Shown piece after piece: positions 47,634 to 62,061 of a DNA stretch of 64,000 bases. Made by a program: the position numbers and the translations under genes. Source of the stretch: Clostridia bacterium (lineage in GTDB: Bacteria; Bacillota; Clostridia; TANB77; CAG-465); contig JAZRUV010000029.1 in the NCBI GenBank assembly GCA_045652705.1, positions 15,389 through 79,388 of the forward strand, in the 5' to 3' direction. The notes beneath the pieces are model-generated. The model searched no databases. It had not been told where the DNA came from and saw only the letters and a program-made list of their open reading frames with translations. Every line of letters begins with the position of its first letter. Position 1 is the stretch's first letter.

Positions 47634-49040
47634 ATGATAAAACAACAAAAAAACAAACAAGGTGTATCGCTAATAGTACTAGTAATAACAATAATAGTAA
47701 TGATAATATTAGCAGGAACAATTATTCTATCTTTAAATAATAGTGGAATAATAGAAAAGGCCAAAAACGCAGTAGATGAAACGAACTTAAAAGAAGTTCA
47801 AACACTTGCGTCATTAAAGTGGGCAGAAGCATTTGTGGATGGGAATATAACACAAGAGCAATTAGAAGAGGAAGTATTAAAAAGATTAAATGATGAAAAT
47901 GTAGACTTAACACCATATGAAATAACAGTAACAGAAGATGGTGTAAAGGTGGCGTTAAGAGCGCCTATTCCCGAAATATGGAAAGCAAATGTAATAGCTA
48001 TAGTAGACACAGTACCAATACCAAAAGGATTTGTAGCATCATCAGTAGCAGGAGAGAACACAAAAAATGGTGGCCTTGTAATATATGAAGGAACAACACC
48101 AGTTACAGCTGCAAATGTAGAAGATGCAAAAAGAACAAGAAATCAATATGTATGGGTGCCAGTAGAAGATTTTAGCAAGTTTGTAAGACAAGATTTTTAT
48201 AATTTAAATACTATATCTAACACATTAGGAACAGGTAATTGGGAAGTAGTATTGGATACTACAACAAATATGCCACTTGCAACACAAGACGAAAATTATG
48301 TGACAAGTACAACATTAGCAGAAGTACAAGCAATGTATGAAAGTGTAAAGGAATATAAAGGCTTTTATATAGCACGTTATGAAGCAGGAATAGATACACA
48401 AGGAACAAGCGAGACTACTTTAGTAAAAGGTTCAAATGTATATTCGATGATGGGAAAAATACCATATGAAATACCATGGACAAAAAATGATAAGATGAAT
48501 GAAGATACAGGTGGAGCAGTAGAGGTGGCAAGGAGTATGTATCCTGTAACAAATACTAATTATGGAGTAGTATCAACATTAACATATGGGGTGCAGTGGG
48601 ATAGAACGTTAGCATGGTGGCTAGAAGTTGGTGCTAAAGATGGAAAAGGCAATGTTATAACAAGTGTAACAGATAGTGCAAGTTATGGTAATTACGATGA
48701 TCACGTAATAGCAGCAGGAGATTTAAATGACGGTGCAAAATATGGTGTTTATGATTATAATGAAGGTACAATTGAGTTTCAAACAGCAACAGCAAGTTCA
48801 ACAAAAGCATCAGGAACTTGGTGGGCGTTAACAACAGGAGCATTAAAAGCGGCAAGCGTAAACAATATTTATGATATGGCAGGAAATATGATGGAATGGA
48901 CAATGGAAGGCAGCGGTGTTTATGAGCGTATAGCTCGCGGTGGCCATTTCGAAGGTTATGGCGATGGAGACGATGTATCATCTCGTACCAGTGTCTACGG
49001 CTCTTCTGGGTTCCGTTCAGCACTTTACATAAAGAAGTAA
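47634..49040 (+). CDS. Secreted or anchored protein with a pilin-like N-terminus and a C-terminal FGE/SUMF1-like (formylglycine-generating enzyme family) domain
   Basis: N-terminus KQGVSLIVLVITIIVMIILAGTIILSLNNSGIIEKAKNAVDE is paralogous to the 5324 protein; C-terminus ARGGHFEGYGDGDDVSSRTSVYGSSGFRSALYI fits the RGG-S/H-W/F...GFR motif of FGE-sulfatase domains. Confidence 0.5.
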   Translation: MIKQQKNKQGVSLIVLVITIIVMIILAGTIILSLNNSGIIEKAKNAVDETNLKEVQTLASLKWAEAFVDGNITQEQLEEEVLKRLNDENVDLTPYEITVTEDGVKVALRAPIPEIWKANVIAIVDTVPIPKGFVASSVAGENTKNGGLVIYEGTTPVTAANVEDAKRTRNQYVWVPVEDFSKFVRQDFYNLNTISNTLGTGNWEVVLDTTTNMPLATQDENYVTSTTLAEVQAMYESVKEYKGFYIARYEAGIDTQGTSETTLVKGSNVYSMMGKIPYEIPWTKNDKMNEDTGGAVEVARSMYPVTNTNYGVVSTLTYGVQWDRTLAWWLEVGAKDGKGNVITSVTDSASYGNYDDHVIAAGDLNDGAKYGVYDYNEGTIEFQTATASSTKASGTWWALTTGALKAASVNNIYDMAGNMMEWTMEGSGVYERIARGGHFEGYGDGDDVSSRTSVYGSSGFRSALYIKK

Positions 49041-49108
49041 AATGTACATGACTTAGTTGCCACCGACACAGTAAATATAGAATGTGTAGCAAAAATAAAT
49101 TTAATATC

Positions 49109-49142
49109 AAATACAACCTAACGTAGGCTTTAGTTTACGTTA
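49109..49142. terminator. Bidirectional terminator (aacctaacgtaggctttagtttacgttaggttt)
   Basis: 11-bp stem between convergent genes. Confidence 0.6.
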
Positions 49143-49148
49143 GGTTTA

Positions 49149-49730
49149 TTACATTATTTTCATTTCAATTATATCTAATACTTTATCTAAATTAAGCTTG
49201 TTTTCAGTAGAGAAAGGAATCATCTCATGTGCTGAAAATAAAGCCTTTTCTATATCTTTTTTAGCTTGTTCTATTTTAGCATTTGAAAGCTTATCTGCCT
49301 TGTTTAAAATCACTGTAAAATCTTTTTCATGAGCTTCTAGCCAATCATACATATTTCTATCATCTGTAGATGGTAAATGTCTAATATCTATTAGTGAAAA
49401 TATATGCTTAATGTTTTTATTAGTTTCTAAAAAGTAATTTGTAAGTTTATTTATACTTTGTTTTTCTTTTTCAGACATAGTAGAGTAACCATAACCAGGT
49501 AGATCTACTAAATAGAACTTATTATCTACCAAAAAGAAATTTAAGCATTTTGTTTTACCAGGAGTTTGTCCAACTTTAGCAGTTCTTTTGTTATTTGTAA
49601 GCGTGTTTATAAAAGAGGATTTGCCAACGTTAGATTTGCCTACCATAGCAATAATAGGCAAATCATCATTTATTAAATCTTGTTTGTTATATACAGATTT
49701 TACAAATACTACATTTTTTAAATAGTTCAT
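49149..49730 (-). CDS. engB: Ribosome biogenesis GTP-binding protein YihA/EngB (YsxC)
   Basis: IAMVGKSNVGKSSFIN G1 motif, DLPGYGY G3 motif. Confidence 0.85.
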   Translation of the reverse strand: MNYLKNVVFVKSVYNKQDLINDDLPIIAMVGKSNVGKSSFINTLTNNKRTAKVGQTPGKTKCLNFFLVDNKFYLVDLPGYGYSTMSEKEKQSINKLTNYFLETNKNIKHIFSLIDIRHLPSTDDRNMYDWLEAHEKDFTVILNKADKLSNAKIEQAKKDIEKALFSAHEMIPFSTENKLNLDKVLDIIEMKIM

Positions 49731-49739
49731 ATAAATTTA

Positions 49740-51029
49740 TTACTCCTTAACAGGTGTTATTTTTTCCATTCCGCCCATATATGGTCTAAGTGCTTGTGGA
49801 ATAGATATTGTTTTGTCTTCGTTATAATTATTTTCTATAAATGCTATAAGTCCACGTGGTGTAGCAAGAACAGTATTGTTTAATGTGTGTAAGAAATAAT
49901 TTCCGTTTTCTCCTCTTGCGCGAATTCCAAGTCTTCTTGCTTGGGCGTCACCTAAAGTAGAGCAAGAACCAACTTCAAAATATTTCTTCTGTCTTGGAGA
50001 CCAAGCTTCAATATCACAAGATTTAACTTTAAGGTCTGCTAAATCACCACTACAACACTCAAGAGTTCTTACAGGTATGTCTAAACTTCTAAAGAATTCT
50101 ACAGTATAGCTCCACATCTTGTTATACCAGTCCATAGATTCTTCAGGAGTACAAAGTACAACCATTTCTTGCTTTTCAAATTGGTGTACTCTGTAAATTC
50201 CTCTTTCTTCAATACCGTGAGCACCAACTTCTTTTCTAAAGCAAGGTGAGTAAGAAGTAAGAGAGATAGGAAGTTTTTTCTCATCTACAGTTTGTCCTTT
50301 AAATTTACCTATCATAGAGTGTTCAGAAGTACCGATTAGGTATAAATCTTCACCTTCAATTTTATACATCATAGCACCCATTTCTTCGAAGCTCATAACG
50401 CCATTTACAACGTCAGATTTTATCATAAAAGGAGGGATGCAGTAGTTAAATCCTTTAGAAATCATAAAGTCTCTAGCATATGCAAGCATTGCGGAGTGAA
50501 GTCTTGCTATATCTCCCATAAGGTAATAAAAACCATTACCGCTAGTTCTACCGGCACTTTCTTTATCTAAACCATCAAACATACCTAAAATATCTGCGTG
50601 ATATGGTATTTCATAATTTGGAACTACAGGTTCACCAAATTTTTCTACTTCAACATTTTCTGAATCGTCAATACCAACGGGAACAGAATCATCTATAATG
50701 TTTGGTATAACCATCATTTTTTCTTTTAATTCTTGAGACGATTCAGCTTCCATTTTTTCTATATTTACAAGTTCTTCGTTTATTTGAATAACTTCAGCTT
50801 TCATGGCATTTGCTTCGTCTATTTTTTTATCTTTCATAAGCATTCCAATAGACTGACTTATAGAATTTCTTTTAGTTCTTAATTCATCACCTTGTTGTTT
50901 TAAGGAACGTACTTTTTTATCTAGTTCAATAACTTCATCAACTAAAGGCAATTTCTTATCTTGAAATTTCTTTTTAATATTTTCTTTAACAACGTCTGGG
51001 TTCTCACGAATAAATTTAATGTCTAACAT
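49740..51029 (-). CDS. serS: Seryl-tRNA synthetase
   Basis: N-terminal coiled-coil arm; class II motifs (FRKE, GxGxGxxR) in the C-terminal region. Confidence 0.9.
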   Translation of the reverse strand: MLDIKFIRENPDVVKENIKKKFQDKKLPLVDEVIELDKKVRSLKQQGDELRTKRNSISQSIGMLMKDKKIDEANAMKAEVIQINEELVNIEKMEAESSQELKEKMMVIPNIIDDSVPVGIDDSENVEVEKFGEPVVPNYEIPYHADILGMFDGLDKESAGRTSGNGFYYLMGDIARLHSAMLAYARDFMISKGFNYCIPPFMIKSDVVNGVMSFEEMGAMMYKIEGEDLYLIGTSEHSMIGKFKGQTVDEKKLPISLTSYSPCFRKEVGAHGIEERGIYRVHQFEKQEMVVLCTPEESMDWYNKMWSYTVEFFRSLDIPVRTLECCSGDLADLKVKSCDIEAWSPRQKKYFEVGSCSTLGDAQARRLGIRARGENGNYFLHTLNNTVLATPRGLIAFIENNYNEDKTISIPQALRPYMGGMEKITPVKE

Positions 51030-51055
51030 ATTAATTCCTCCTAAAATATGTATCT

Positions 51056-51084
51056 ATTATATTACACAATTAAAGGTTTTGCAA
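51056..51084 (-). promoter_or_regulatory. serS promoter on the minus strand: -35 TTGCAA (51079-51084), 17 nt, -10 TATAAT (51056-51061)
   Basis: Read from the reverse complement; a short leader (about 25 nt) with no room for a T-box. Confidence 0.45.
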
Positions 51085-51156
51085 TAATTTACATAATTTT
51101 TAATAAAAATATACAAAGCAAAAGCCAAGCGTATTATAACGTTTGGCCTTTACTTG

Positions 51157-51720
51157 TTAGACCCACTTATCTATACCGTATGTTTTGGTAACAGGGTCCT
51201 TTGTCATATCTAATCTTATAGGAGAAAAGGTATTAGTTACAAATATTACAAATAACAGGGCTAGTGCACATGCACCAACTATAGTAGAGTTTTTTGTTTC
51301 TGCTTTGAAATCTTCGTTATATATTCCAAGATACAAAATAAAGTAAGAGCTCATAACACCTACTATATAAATAATAATGTTGTATATCATATTATCTGTA
51401 GCAAATATAGCATCACCTAAATAATATAATGTTGTTACAACAAACATTCCAACTATATTACCAAAAAGGGTAACGAGTAGCAAGTTAGAAAATTTTCGCT
51501 TTGTGTAAAAATAAAATGCGATACCAAATGCTGTAAATGGAATAAGTATTAGCTTTAAATGTTCCCAAACGCTTTCGTTTACAGGAGCAAATATTCCAAC
51601 GATTGTATTATGCCCGGAAAGGTCATATACAAAATGAAGAAATACACCAAATAGTATAGAAACTATACAAGCTATTATTATAATTTTTTTATATGTTACC
51701 AAATTATCCAAAAAAATCAC
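51157..51720 (-). CDS. Hypothetical polytopic membrane protein
   Basis: 187 aa, about 5 TM helices; followed by a hairpin terminator at 51124-51150 on the minus strand. Confidence 0.45.
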   Translation of the reverse strand: MIFLDNLVTYKKIIIIACIVSILFGVFLHFVYDLSGHNTIVGIFAPVNESVWEHLKLILIPFTAFGIAFYFYTKRKFSNLLLVTLFGNIVGMFVVTTLYYLGDAIFATDNMIYNIIIYIVGVMSSYFILYLGIYNEDFKAETKNSTIVGACALALLFVIFVTNTFSPIRLDMTKDPVTKTYGIDKWV

Positions 51721-51765
51721 CTAATACAATTATGTGCAATAGGTGTTTTTTTAATACATATTTTA

Positions 51766-52071
51766 TTACAAATTCAAATAATTAGAAAAAATGATAAGCA
51801 AGTCGTTTGCTATTATATAATATATGGAAAGTATATTAACTAAAATACACAAAGGAATTCCTACTGTGAAGCTTAAATGCTTCGTCTTATGCCTAAATTT
51901 GTACATGCCTATATATACACCAATAGCACCTAAAATAAGAGAGAGTATAAATATTGCTTTTTCACTTATTCTATATTTTCCGTTTTTTGCTTTGTGTTTA
52001 TCTAGTTTCATAACCAAAAAACCAATGATATTTATTAATATAACATAAGCCAAAAAATATAAATATATCAT
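51766..52071 (-). CDS. DUF1294 membrane protein
   Basis: KAKNGKYRISEKAIFILSLILGAIGVYIGMYKFRHKT is the DUF1294 signature. Confidence 0.6.
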   Translation of the reverse strand: MIYLYFLAYVILINIIGFLVMKLDKHKAKNGKYRISEKAIFILSLILGAIGVYIGMYKFRHKTKHLSFTVGIPLCILVNILSIYYIIANDLLIIFSNYLNL

Positions 52072-52208
52072 GTTATCACCACAACAATTATATAATATAA
52101 AAATAATAATGCAATAGCAGATTAAATTTGTATTATTTCTTTATTTTTAAAGGGGTATTTGGGTTGAAAAAATAATATATTTGTGATAGTATAATCGCGA
52201 GGGAAAGT

Positions 52209-52772
52209 ATGAAACGAAAGTTAAAAAAACAAATTACTGGAATTGTAACAAGTCTAGTTGTTATAACTATAGCTTTGTTATTAGATAAATTAGAAGTTAT
52301 AGATATTAAGGAATATATAAATAGTAATGAAAGCTTACAAACCGAAACGCAGAGAAAGCAACAAGTTAATGATAGTTCTTTGTATGAGGTCGTAAGAGTG
52401 GTAGATGGTGATACATTTGTTATAAACTACAATGGTAAAAATGAAAAAGTAAGACTTATAGGAGTAGATACACCTGAAAGTGTTCATCCAAACGCGGAAA
52501 AAAACACCGAATTTGGGAATCAAGTTTCAAATTTTTCTAAAAAAATGTTAACGGGAAAACAAGTTCAAATTGAACTCGATGTTGAACAGCGAGATAAATA
52601 TGGGAGATTATTAGTCTATGCATATATAGATGGGCAAATGTATAATAAAATTTTATTAGAAAAAGGATATGCAAAGATTGCAACATATCCGCCAAATGTA
52701 AAACATGTTGAAGAATTTACTGCATTGCAAAAACAAGCAAGAGAGAATAAGGTTGGATTATGGGCATACTAG
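52209..52772 (+). CDS. Thermonuclease (micrococcal/SNase family), secreted or anchored
   Basis: VVRVVDGDTF...VRLIGVDTPES...KYGRLLAYAY...EKGYA catalytic motifs; N-terminal signal anchor. Confidence 0.8.
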   Translation: MKRKLKKQITGIVTSLVVITIALLLDKLEVIDIKEYINSNESLQTETQRKQQVNDSSLYEVVRVVDGDTFVINYNGKNEKVRLIGVDTPESVHPNAEKNTEFGNQVSNFSKKMLTGKQVQIELDVEQRDKYGRLLVYAYIDGQMYNKILLEKGYAKIATYPPNVKHVEEFTALQKQARENKVGLWAY

Positions 52773-52782
52773 GAGGTAAAAA

Positions 52783-53589
52783 ATGCGAAAGAGGATAGGA
52801 ATAATATTATTATGTACTTTAATAATAACGCTAGTTATAGGGCTGATAGTTTTTGTGTCTCAAGATGAACAGCCAGTTAATAACAATGTAGATATAAATA
52901 GTGATGAGGAGCAAGGAAGTACAAACAATGCTCCATCAAAAATAGAAGCGAATGAAAAAGAAGTGTCTAAAAAAAAGAAACAAGAATTATTTAATTTTAT
53001 ACCTAAAGTTTATACAGAAGGAATTGCTCCTTTTGATAGCGTATTTATGTTAGATTCAGTAATGAGTAAAATTGTGGTTACAAATGAAGAAATGGATTTT
53101 AGTGTAACTAATGTAGATAAAATGGTAAAGAAAATATTTGGGGAGGATGCGGTTATAAATACAGAGGAGGTATCAGAACCAAATGTAGCACAATCTTTAT
53201 TTTATTATTCAAAAGAGGCACAGTCGTATGCTGTAATACCTGTGGGATATGAAGGAATATTTGAGCATCAAATATTTAAGAATGCTACTGAAACAGATGA
53301 AGCTTATTATGTGTATACCTACACTTTAATTGGAGGGTACTCATATGATGAAGATTCAATAACTCAAGATGAGTTTGGTGATGTGAGCTATGAAACAGCT
53401 AAAGTTCAGGTGATTGTGGGAGATAAAGATGGTAATGATTTAATTCATATTTTCGACAACTATACACATATGAATGATGATGATACATGGATAAAGTTAT
53501 ATGGCAATATAATGCCGGTATTTAGATATACATTAACAAAAAAAGATGGTGGATACTATTTGACGGAAGTAGAACAAATAAATTATTAA
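52783..53589 (+). CDS. Hypothetical membrane-anchored protein
   Basis: N-terminal TM helix, acidic C-terminal domain; coupled to the nuclease gene (RBS aggaggt). Confidence 0.4.
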   Translation: MRKRIGIILLCTLIITLVIGLIVFVSQDEQPVNNNVDINSDEEQGSTNNAPSKIEANEKEVSKKKKQELFNFIPKVYTEGIAPFDSVFMLDSVMSKIVVTNEEMDFSVTNVDKMVKKIFGEDAVINTEEVSEPNVAQSLFYYSKEAQSYAVIPVGYEGIFEHQIFKNATETDEAYYVYTYTLIGGYSYDEDSITQDEFGDVSYETAKVQVIVGDKDGNDLIHIFDNYTHMNDDDTWIKLYGNIMPVFRYTLTKKDGGYYLTEVEQINY

Positions 53590-53609
53590 AAGGTTTTGGG
53601 GGTAAACAA

Positions 53610-53738
53610 ATGAGAAAGGTTATTATAGGATTATTTATAATTTTTATGCTTGGTTTCCTATTATTAGAAATAATTACAGTTGTAGATTTGGTGAATGACA
53701 AACAACCACCGACAGTATGGATTGGAGACGAACATTAA
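53610..53738 (+). CDS. Candidate 42-aa membrane peptide
   Basis: RBS ttggggg; single TM; terminator aaggagc/gctcctt plus T-tract at 53739-53765. Confidence 0.25.
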   Translation: MRKVIIGLFIIFMLGFLLLEIITVVDLVNDKQPPTVWIGDEH

Positions 53739-53867
53739 TAAGGAGCTAAAAGGCTCCTTTTGTCGCCATTTGTCGTATGTTACAAAAATATTAAATTTGA
53801 GTTATAAAGTCTCTAAAACTATTGCAAAATATATAGTAGTGGTATAGAATATACACATATCATATAG

Positions 53868-54887
<1,020 letters not shown>

Positions 54888-54921
54888 TTAAAATCTACGT
54901 TAAATTAAAATAGGGGTGTTT

Positions 54922-55677
54922 ATGGCGAGCGAACTAAGAGGACAAATGGAAGAGCAATTGGGCTTATTAGAAACAAAAGTAGAAAGAGCATATGATGTTA
55001 GTGAAAATAAAGAAAAAGATATAATTGCTAAAAAGCTACAAGAAATGTCTATAAATATTAAACAAGTTTTAGCAACGAATATTATAGGAAAAGAGTATGA
55101 TACTTTTACAAAAATAATAGATATAATAAATGACGAGCTAGAGGCTGTTATAATACATATAATAGCTAGCGCGAGAAAACAAGAAAAGCAAGAGGCTATG
55201 TACAAGGTTAGCCATTTATATTCAAAAAATATAGAAGAAATTATAAATGGTCGAGAAGAAATAAAAACTATGTGTGTAGCGCAAATTAGAAGTTGTGTTA
55301 TTCCTATAGACAATGCTTTTAATGAAATTGTAAAAGTGTATATGGAAAATTTGCAAGACTTTAAAGACAATATTTCACAGCAAGTATTAAATAAAGTAGT
55401 ATATGAAATACATAGATGTGCAAATGAGGTTCAAGAAACTCATTCAGTTCAAACATATAGTATAGAAAATCAAATAACTACCAATATAGATAAAATGGTA
55501 AATGCTTTGCAAGCGCTAAAAGAAAAAAATGTTACAGAAACTAAACACATAAGGATAAAAGGTGGGGTAACAAATTCTCAAAATGCTAATGTGTCTTTAA
55601 GTGATATATTAGCCTCTAAAGTAGAAGTAGAATATGATATACCTAAAAGAGATAATATACAAGGTTTATTTGATTAA
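54922..55677 (+). CDS. Hypothetical coiled-coil protein inserted between gap and pgk
   Basis: About 251 aa from the ATG after RBS taggggtg; helical, no recognised domain. Confidence 0.45.
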   Translation: MASELRGQMEEQLGLLETKVERAYDVSENKEKDIIAKKLQEMSINIKQVLATNIIGKEYDTFTKIIDIINDELEAVIIHIIASARKQEKQEAMYKVSHLYSKNIEEIINGREEIKTMCVAQIRSCVIPIDNAFNEIVKVYMENLQDFKDNISQQVLNKVVYEIHRCANEVQETHSVQTYSIENQITTNIDKMVNALQALKEKNVTETKHIRIKGGVTNSQNANVSLSDILASKVEVEYDIPKRDNIQGLFD

Positions 55678-55686
55678 GGAGTTTAT

Positions 55687-56865
55687 ATGAATAAGAAAAG
55701 TATACAAGATATAAATGTAGAAAATAAAAAAGTTTTAGTTAGATGCGACTTTAATGTTCCGCTAGATATGGAAACTAAAACAACTATCACTAATGATAAA
55801 AGGATTAGAGAATCTTTAAAAACAATTAACTACCTTATAGAAAACAATGCAAAAGTAATTCTTTGTTCGCACATTGGTAAGACTAAAGAAAAACTAAGTC
55901 TTAAACCGGTAGCGGGAAGACTTTCTGAACTTTTGAGAAAAGATGTACCTTTACTAGAAGAGGTTATAGGAGAAAGTGTTAAGACTGTTATAGATAATAT
56001 GAACCCGGGAGATGTAGTATTATTAGATAATGTAAGAAAATTTGATGAGGAAGAAGCAAATGATGAAATGTTTGCACGTGAACTTGCATCACTTGCAGAA
56101 ATATATGTAAATGATGCATTTGGAACTGCGCATAGAGCACACGCGTCTACCGAAGGTGTTGCGAAATACTTACCAGCTGTTTGTGGTTTCTTAATTGAAA
56201 AAGAATTAAAAGCATTAGGCGATGCAATAGATAATCCTAAAAGACCACTTGTAGCAATAATAGGTGGAGCAAAAGTTTCAAGTAAAATAGCAGTACTTTT
56301 AAATTTAATGGAAAAAGTAGATACTATCTTAATAGGTGGAGCTATGGCATATACTTTTGTAAAAGCTGAGGGCGGTAATGTAGGTAGTTCACTAGTAGAA
56401 GAGGATAAACTAGATACTGCACTTGAAATAATAGCAAAAGCGAAAGAAAAAGGTGTGAAACTAGTACTTCCAAAAGATAGTATAGTAGCAAAAGAATTTA
56501 AAGAGGACGCTGAAGGCAAAGTAGTAGATTCTTGTGATATACCAGAAGGATATCAAGGACTAGATATTGGTCCTGAAGCTATAAAAGAATATACAGAAAT
56601 TATATCAGTAGCTGGTACTGTTGTTTGGAATGGACCAGTTGGTGTGTTTGAATTTGCAAAATTTGCAGTTGGTACAAATTCAGTAGCAAAGGCTATGGCA
56701 GAAAGTGATGCCATAACTGTAATAGGTGGTGGAGATAGTGCATCAGCAGTTGCAAAAGCAGGTCTTGAAGATAAAATGACACATGTGTCAACTGGTGGTG
56801 GAGCATCACTAGAATTTATGGAAGGAAAAGAACTTCCTGGAATTGTAGCATTAAATGATAAATAA
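55687..56865 (+). CDS. pgk: Phosphoglycerate kinase
   Basis: [18 protein letters not shown] and GGGDS motifs. Confidence 0.9.
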   Translation: MNKKSIQDINVENKKVLVRCDFNVPLDMETKTTITNDKRIRESLKTINYLIENNAKVILCSHIGKTKEKLSLKPVAGRLSELLRKDVPLLEEVIGESVKTVIDNMNPGDVVLLDNVRKFDEEEANDEMFARELASLAEIYVNDAFGTAHRAHASTEGVAKYLPAVCGFLIEKELKALGDAIDNPKRPLVAIIGGAKVSSKIAVLLNLMEKVDTILIGGAMAYTFVKAEGGNVGSSLVEEDKLDTALEIIAKAKEKGVKLVLPKDSIVAKEFKEDAEGKVVDSCDIPEGYQGLDIGPEAIKEYTEIISVAGTVVWNGPVGVFEFAKFAVGTNSVAKAMAESDAITVIGGGDSASAVAKAGLEDKMTHVSTGGGASLEFMEGKELPGIVALNDK

Positions 56866-56883
56866 AAAACAAGGGGAATATTT

Positions 56884-57348
56884 ATGTTAAAAAACAAACC
56901 TATATATATATTTGCTGCGATACTTATAGCAATAGTAACTATTGCTATAAGTGTCGTTGTGTCTGTATATAATGAAAACAAACCAATTGTACCTAATCAA
57001 GATATAGAGGTTGTTTCTTCAAACGATATGTTAAAAGTAAAAAGTGCATATGAAACACAAGGTAAGAAACAAGAATTTTTGGAGTTGTGTTCAAAAATAG
57101 AATTGGGTGTTGCAAACAAACTATTAGATGGAACTGTTACTAATGATATCGAGTTAAAAGCTGCTATAGAAAAAATAAATAAAGTGCTTTTAACAGATGA
57201 TTGGTCATATATAGGACTTGAGGCTTCTAGTTACTGGATGGGGAAATGGGAATTAAATGATAATGGAGCTGTAACATTTACATTTAGAGATACTAATTTA
57301 AAACCAAATTGGGCAGTGGACGTTGATGTAAAACAATATATAAAATAG
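56884..57348 (+). CDS. Hypothetical membrane-anchored protein inserted between pgk and tpiA
   Basis: 154 aa, N-terminal TM then soluble domain; RBS aaggggaat. Confidence 0.45.
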   Translation: MLKNKPIYIFAAILIAIVTIAISVVVSVYNENKPIVPNQDIEVVSSNDMLKVKSAYETQGKKQEFLELCSKIELGVANKLLDGTVTNDIELKAAIEKINKVLLTDDWSYIGLEASSYWMGKWELNDNGAVTFTFRDTNLKPNWAVDVDVKQYIK

Positions 57349-57360
57349 GAGAGTTAAAGT

Positions 57361-58113
57361 ATGAGAAAGAAAATTGTTATTGGAAATTGGAAAATGAATA
57401 TGACACGTCAGGAGGCTAAAAGTCTTCTTACTATAGTAAAAGAGAGTGTAAAGGATAACATAGTAGATGTTGCTTTTGCAGTACCTTTTACAGATATAGA
57501 AACGGCTGCGGGTATACTTGAAGATACAGACATTATGGTAGGTGCACAAAATGTACATACCGAACCTAGAGGTGCATATACTGGTGAAATAAGTGTAGAA
57601 ATGCTAAAGGATTTAGGTGTAGAGTGCTGTGTGGTAGGACATAGTGAAAGAAGAAAATATTTTTCAGAGACAGACGAAATAGTAAATAAAAAAGCTAAAG
57701 CGCTTATTGAAGCAAATATTATACCTGTAATATGTGTAGGCGAAACACTAGAAGAAAGAGAACAAGGAATACATTTAGATTTGATACGTACTCAAGTTAA
57801 GAAAGCAATGGCCGACATTGAATCTACACGTGTAGAAGAAGTAGTAATTGCTTATGAACCACTATGGGCAATAGGAACAGGAGTTACTGCAACAAGTGAA
57901 CAAGCTGAAGAAGTATGTTCGTTTATAAGATACATAGTAGCTGAAGTATATGGTGTAAGCATTTCTGAAAATATTAGAATACTTTATGGTGGAAGTGTAA
58001 ACGCATCTAATGCAAAAGAATTATTTGATATGGAAAATATAGATGGAGCACTAGTTGGTGGTGCAAGTTTGAAACCAACATTTATAGAAATAATAAATGC
58101 TGCAAAAGAATAG
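57361..58113 (+). CDS. tpiA: Triosephosphate isomerase
   Basis: GNWKMN, VGHSERR, AYEPLWAIGTG motifs. Confidence 0.9.
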   Translation: MRKKIVIGNWKMNMTRQEAKSLLTIVKESVKDNIVDVAFAVPFTDIETAAGILEDTDIMVGAQNVHTEPRGAYTGEISVEMLKDLGVECCVVGHSERRKYFSETDEIVNKKAKALIEANIIPVICVGETLEEREQGIHLDLIRTQVKKAMADIESTRVEEVVIAYEPLWAIGTGVTATSEQAEEVCSFIRYIVAEVYGVSISENIRILYGGSVNASNAKELFDMENIDGALVGGASLKPTFIEIINAAKE

Positions 58114-58121
58114 GAGATTAT

Positions 58122-61006
<2,885 letters not shown>

Positions 61007-61019
61007 TTAAGGACAATAA

Positions 61020-61064
61020 AAACAAACTGACGTAAGTATATGCTTATGTCAGTTTGTTTTTTGT
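61020..61064 (+). terminator. Strong intrinsic terminator (aaacaaactgacgtaag...cttatgtcagtttgtttttt)
   Basis: 17-bp stem followed by a T-tract; ends the glycolytic operon. Confidence 0.75.
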
Positions 61065-61080
61065 GTATTAGTTGAAAATT

Positions 61081-61110
61081 ATGTAAATATGTGATATAAT
61101 ATTGCCAGTT
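61081..61110 (+). promoter_or_regulatory. Promoter of the GC-enriched cassette: -35 TTGAAA, 17 nt, -10 TATAAT (about 61076-61104)
   Basis: ttgaaa-attatgtaaatatgtga-tataat read directly from the sequence. Confidence 0.45.
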
Positions 61111-61152
61111 TATAACTGAATTTCAAAAATAATTTTTTTAGGAGGCTAGATT

Positions 61153-62046
61153 ATGAATACGAAAAAAGTCCCGATGCATGCATTTATTGTAAATTTTTTA
61201 AAAGTTGTAAATCGGACAGAGGAACACATTTGTGTACTTTTGAATGCTATTGCTCCAGTAGAAAGAGCGGCGGATGTTATTCTTTGTGAAAGCTTAGATA
61301 GTAAGCTAGAAAGTTTGCTAGAGCCAATACTCACTTATCCTGAACACTTCCATTTAAGTCTTGATGCTGAAAATATAAAGCTTAAAAATCCTGAAACACT
61401 AGATGAACTTGTAGAGCACTGGCCGGTAGATACTACTGTTACAGAAGCCATTAGGGATGAGCTAAAAAAGTACGAGTCCCCTATGATGTATGGAGGAGTG
61501 GCTTTAGACTATGCGGCAGAAAACGAGAGATATATTAGTGGTAGCACAAAATATATTGATTGGTTGTGGGATAGGCTAGAGCAAAATTATAGACCTAATA
61601 CTCGTTTCTTAAATGATAGTTGTAGGAGAACAGTAGGCGATTTAGCAAACATTGTTCGTATTTCAAGTTTACATACGCTCCTTAGTAGATACTATAGTAA
61701 GAATTGTATGGACTATTGTGGGGATGATAGAGAAAGTGCAACATATATTTTCCATTATTCTAGAAACGGCAAACAACGTTATTTTAAAGTCGCGAGAGAA
61801 GTGGTAAAGGATGTAAGAGGAAACATTATAAGTTATTCTGTAAAGGAACACAAACCAGTAAAAAATGCCCCATATTTTCCAGATGTTGTTTTGTGTGTAC
61901 CTAGCGAGTTGTTGGAGGAGAGAGTGATAGTTTTTAATAAGTTAAATGAACTATTTAAAAAGGCAAGAGATATTTCTTTAAGTTATGATGCAATTCAATA
62001 TGATTTAGGCATAATTTACGGTAAAATTGAAGATCCCAGAGATTAA
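61153..62046 (+). CDS. Hypothetical protein (297 aa), cassette gene 1, GC-enriched foreign composition
   Basis: RBS taggaggct; GC about 10 points above its neighbours, with CGG/GCG/CCG codons; no recognised domain. Confidence 0.5.
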   Translation: MNTKKVPMHAFIVNFLKVVNRTEEHICVLLNAIAPVERAADVILCESLDSKLESLLEPILTYPEHFHLSLDAENIKLKNPETLDELVEHWPVDTTVTEAIRDELKKYESPMMYGGVALDYAAENERYISGSTKYIDWLWDRLEQNYRPNTRFLNDSCRRTVGDLANIVRISSLHTLLSRYYSKNCMDYCGDDRESATYIFHYSRNGKQRYFKVAREVVKDVRGNIISYSVKEHKPVKNAPYFPDVVLCVPSELLEERVIVFNKLNELFKKARDISLSYDAIQYDLGIIYGKIEDPRD

Positions 62047-62061
62047 AAGGAGGAAAGATAT

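Noticed and set aside
51030-51160. T-box leader upstream of serS
   Set aside because: The intergenic space between the serS start and the upstream terminator is only about 125 nt, and the promoter sits about 25 nt from the start codon. There is no specifier or antiterminator structure.
55830-56981. Minus-strand ORFs (229 and 142 aa) antisense to pgk
   Set aside because: They are Ser/Ala-rich mirror frames of a highly conserved glycolytic gene; the same applies to 59722-60927 antisense to eno and 20705-21517 antisense to ftsK.
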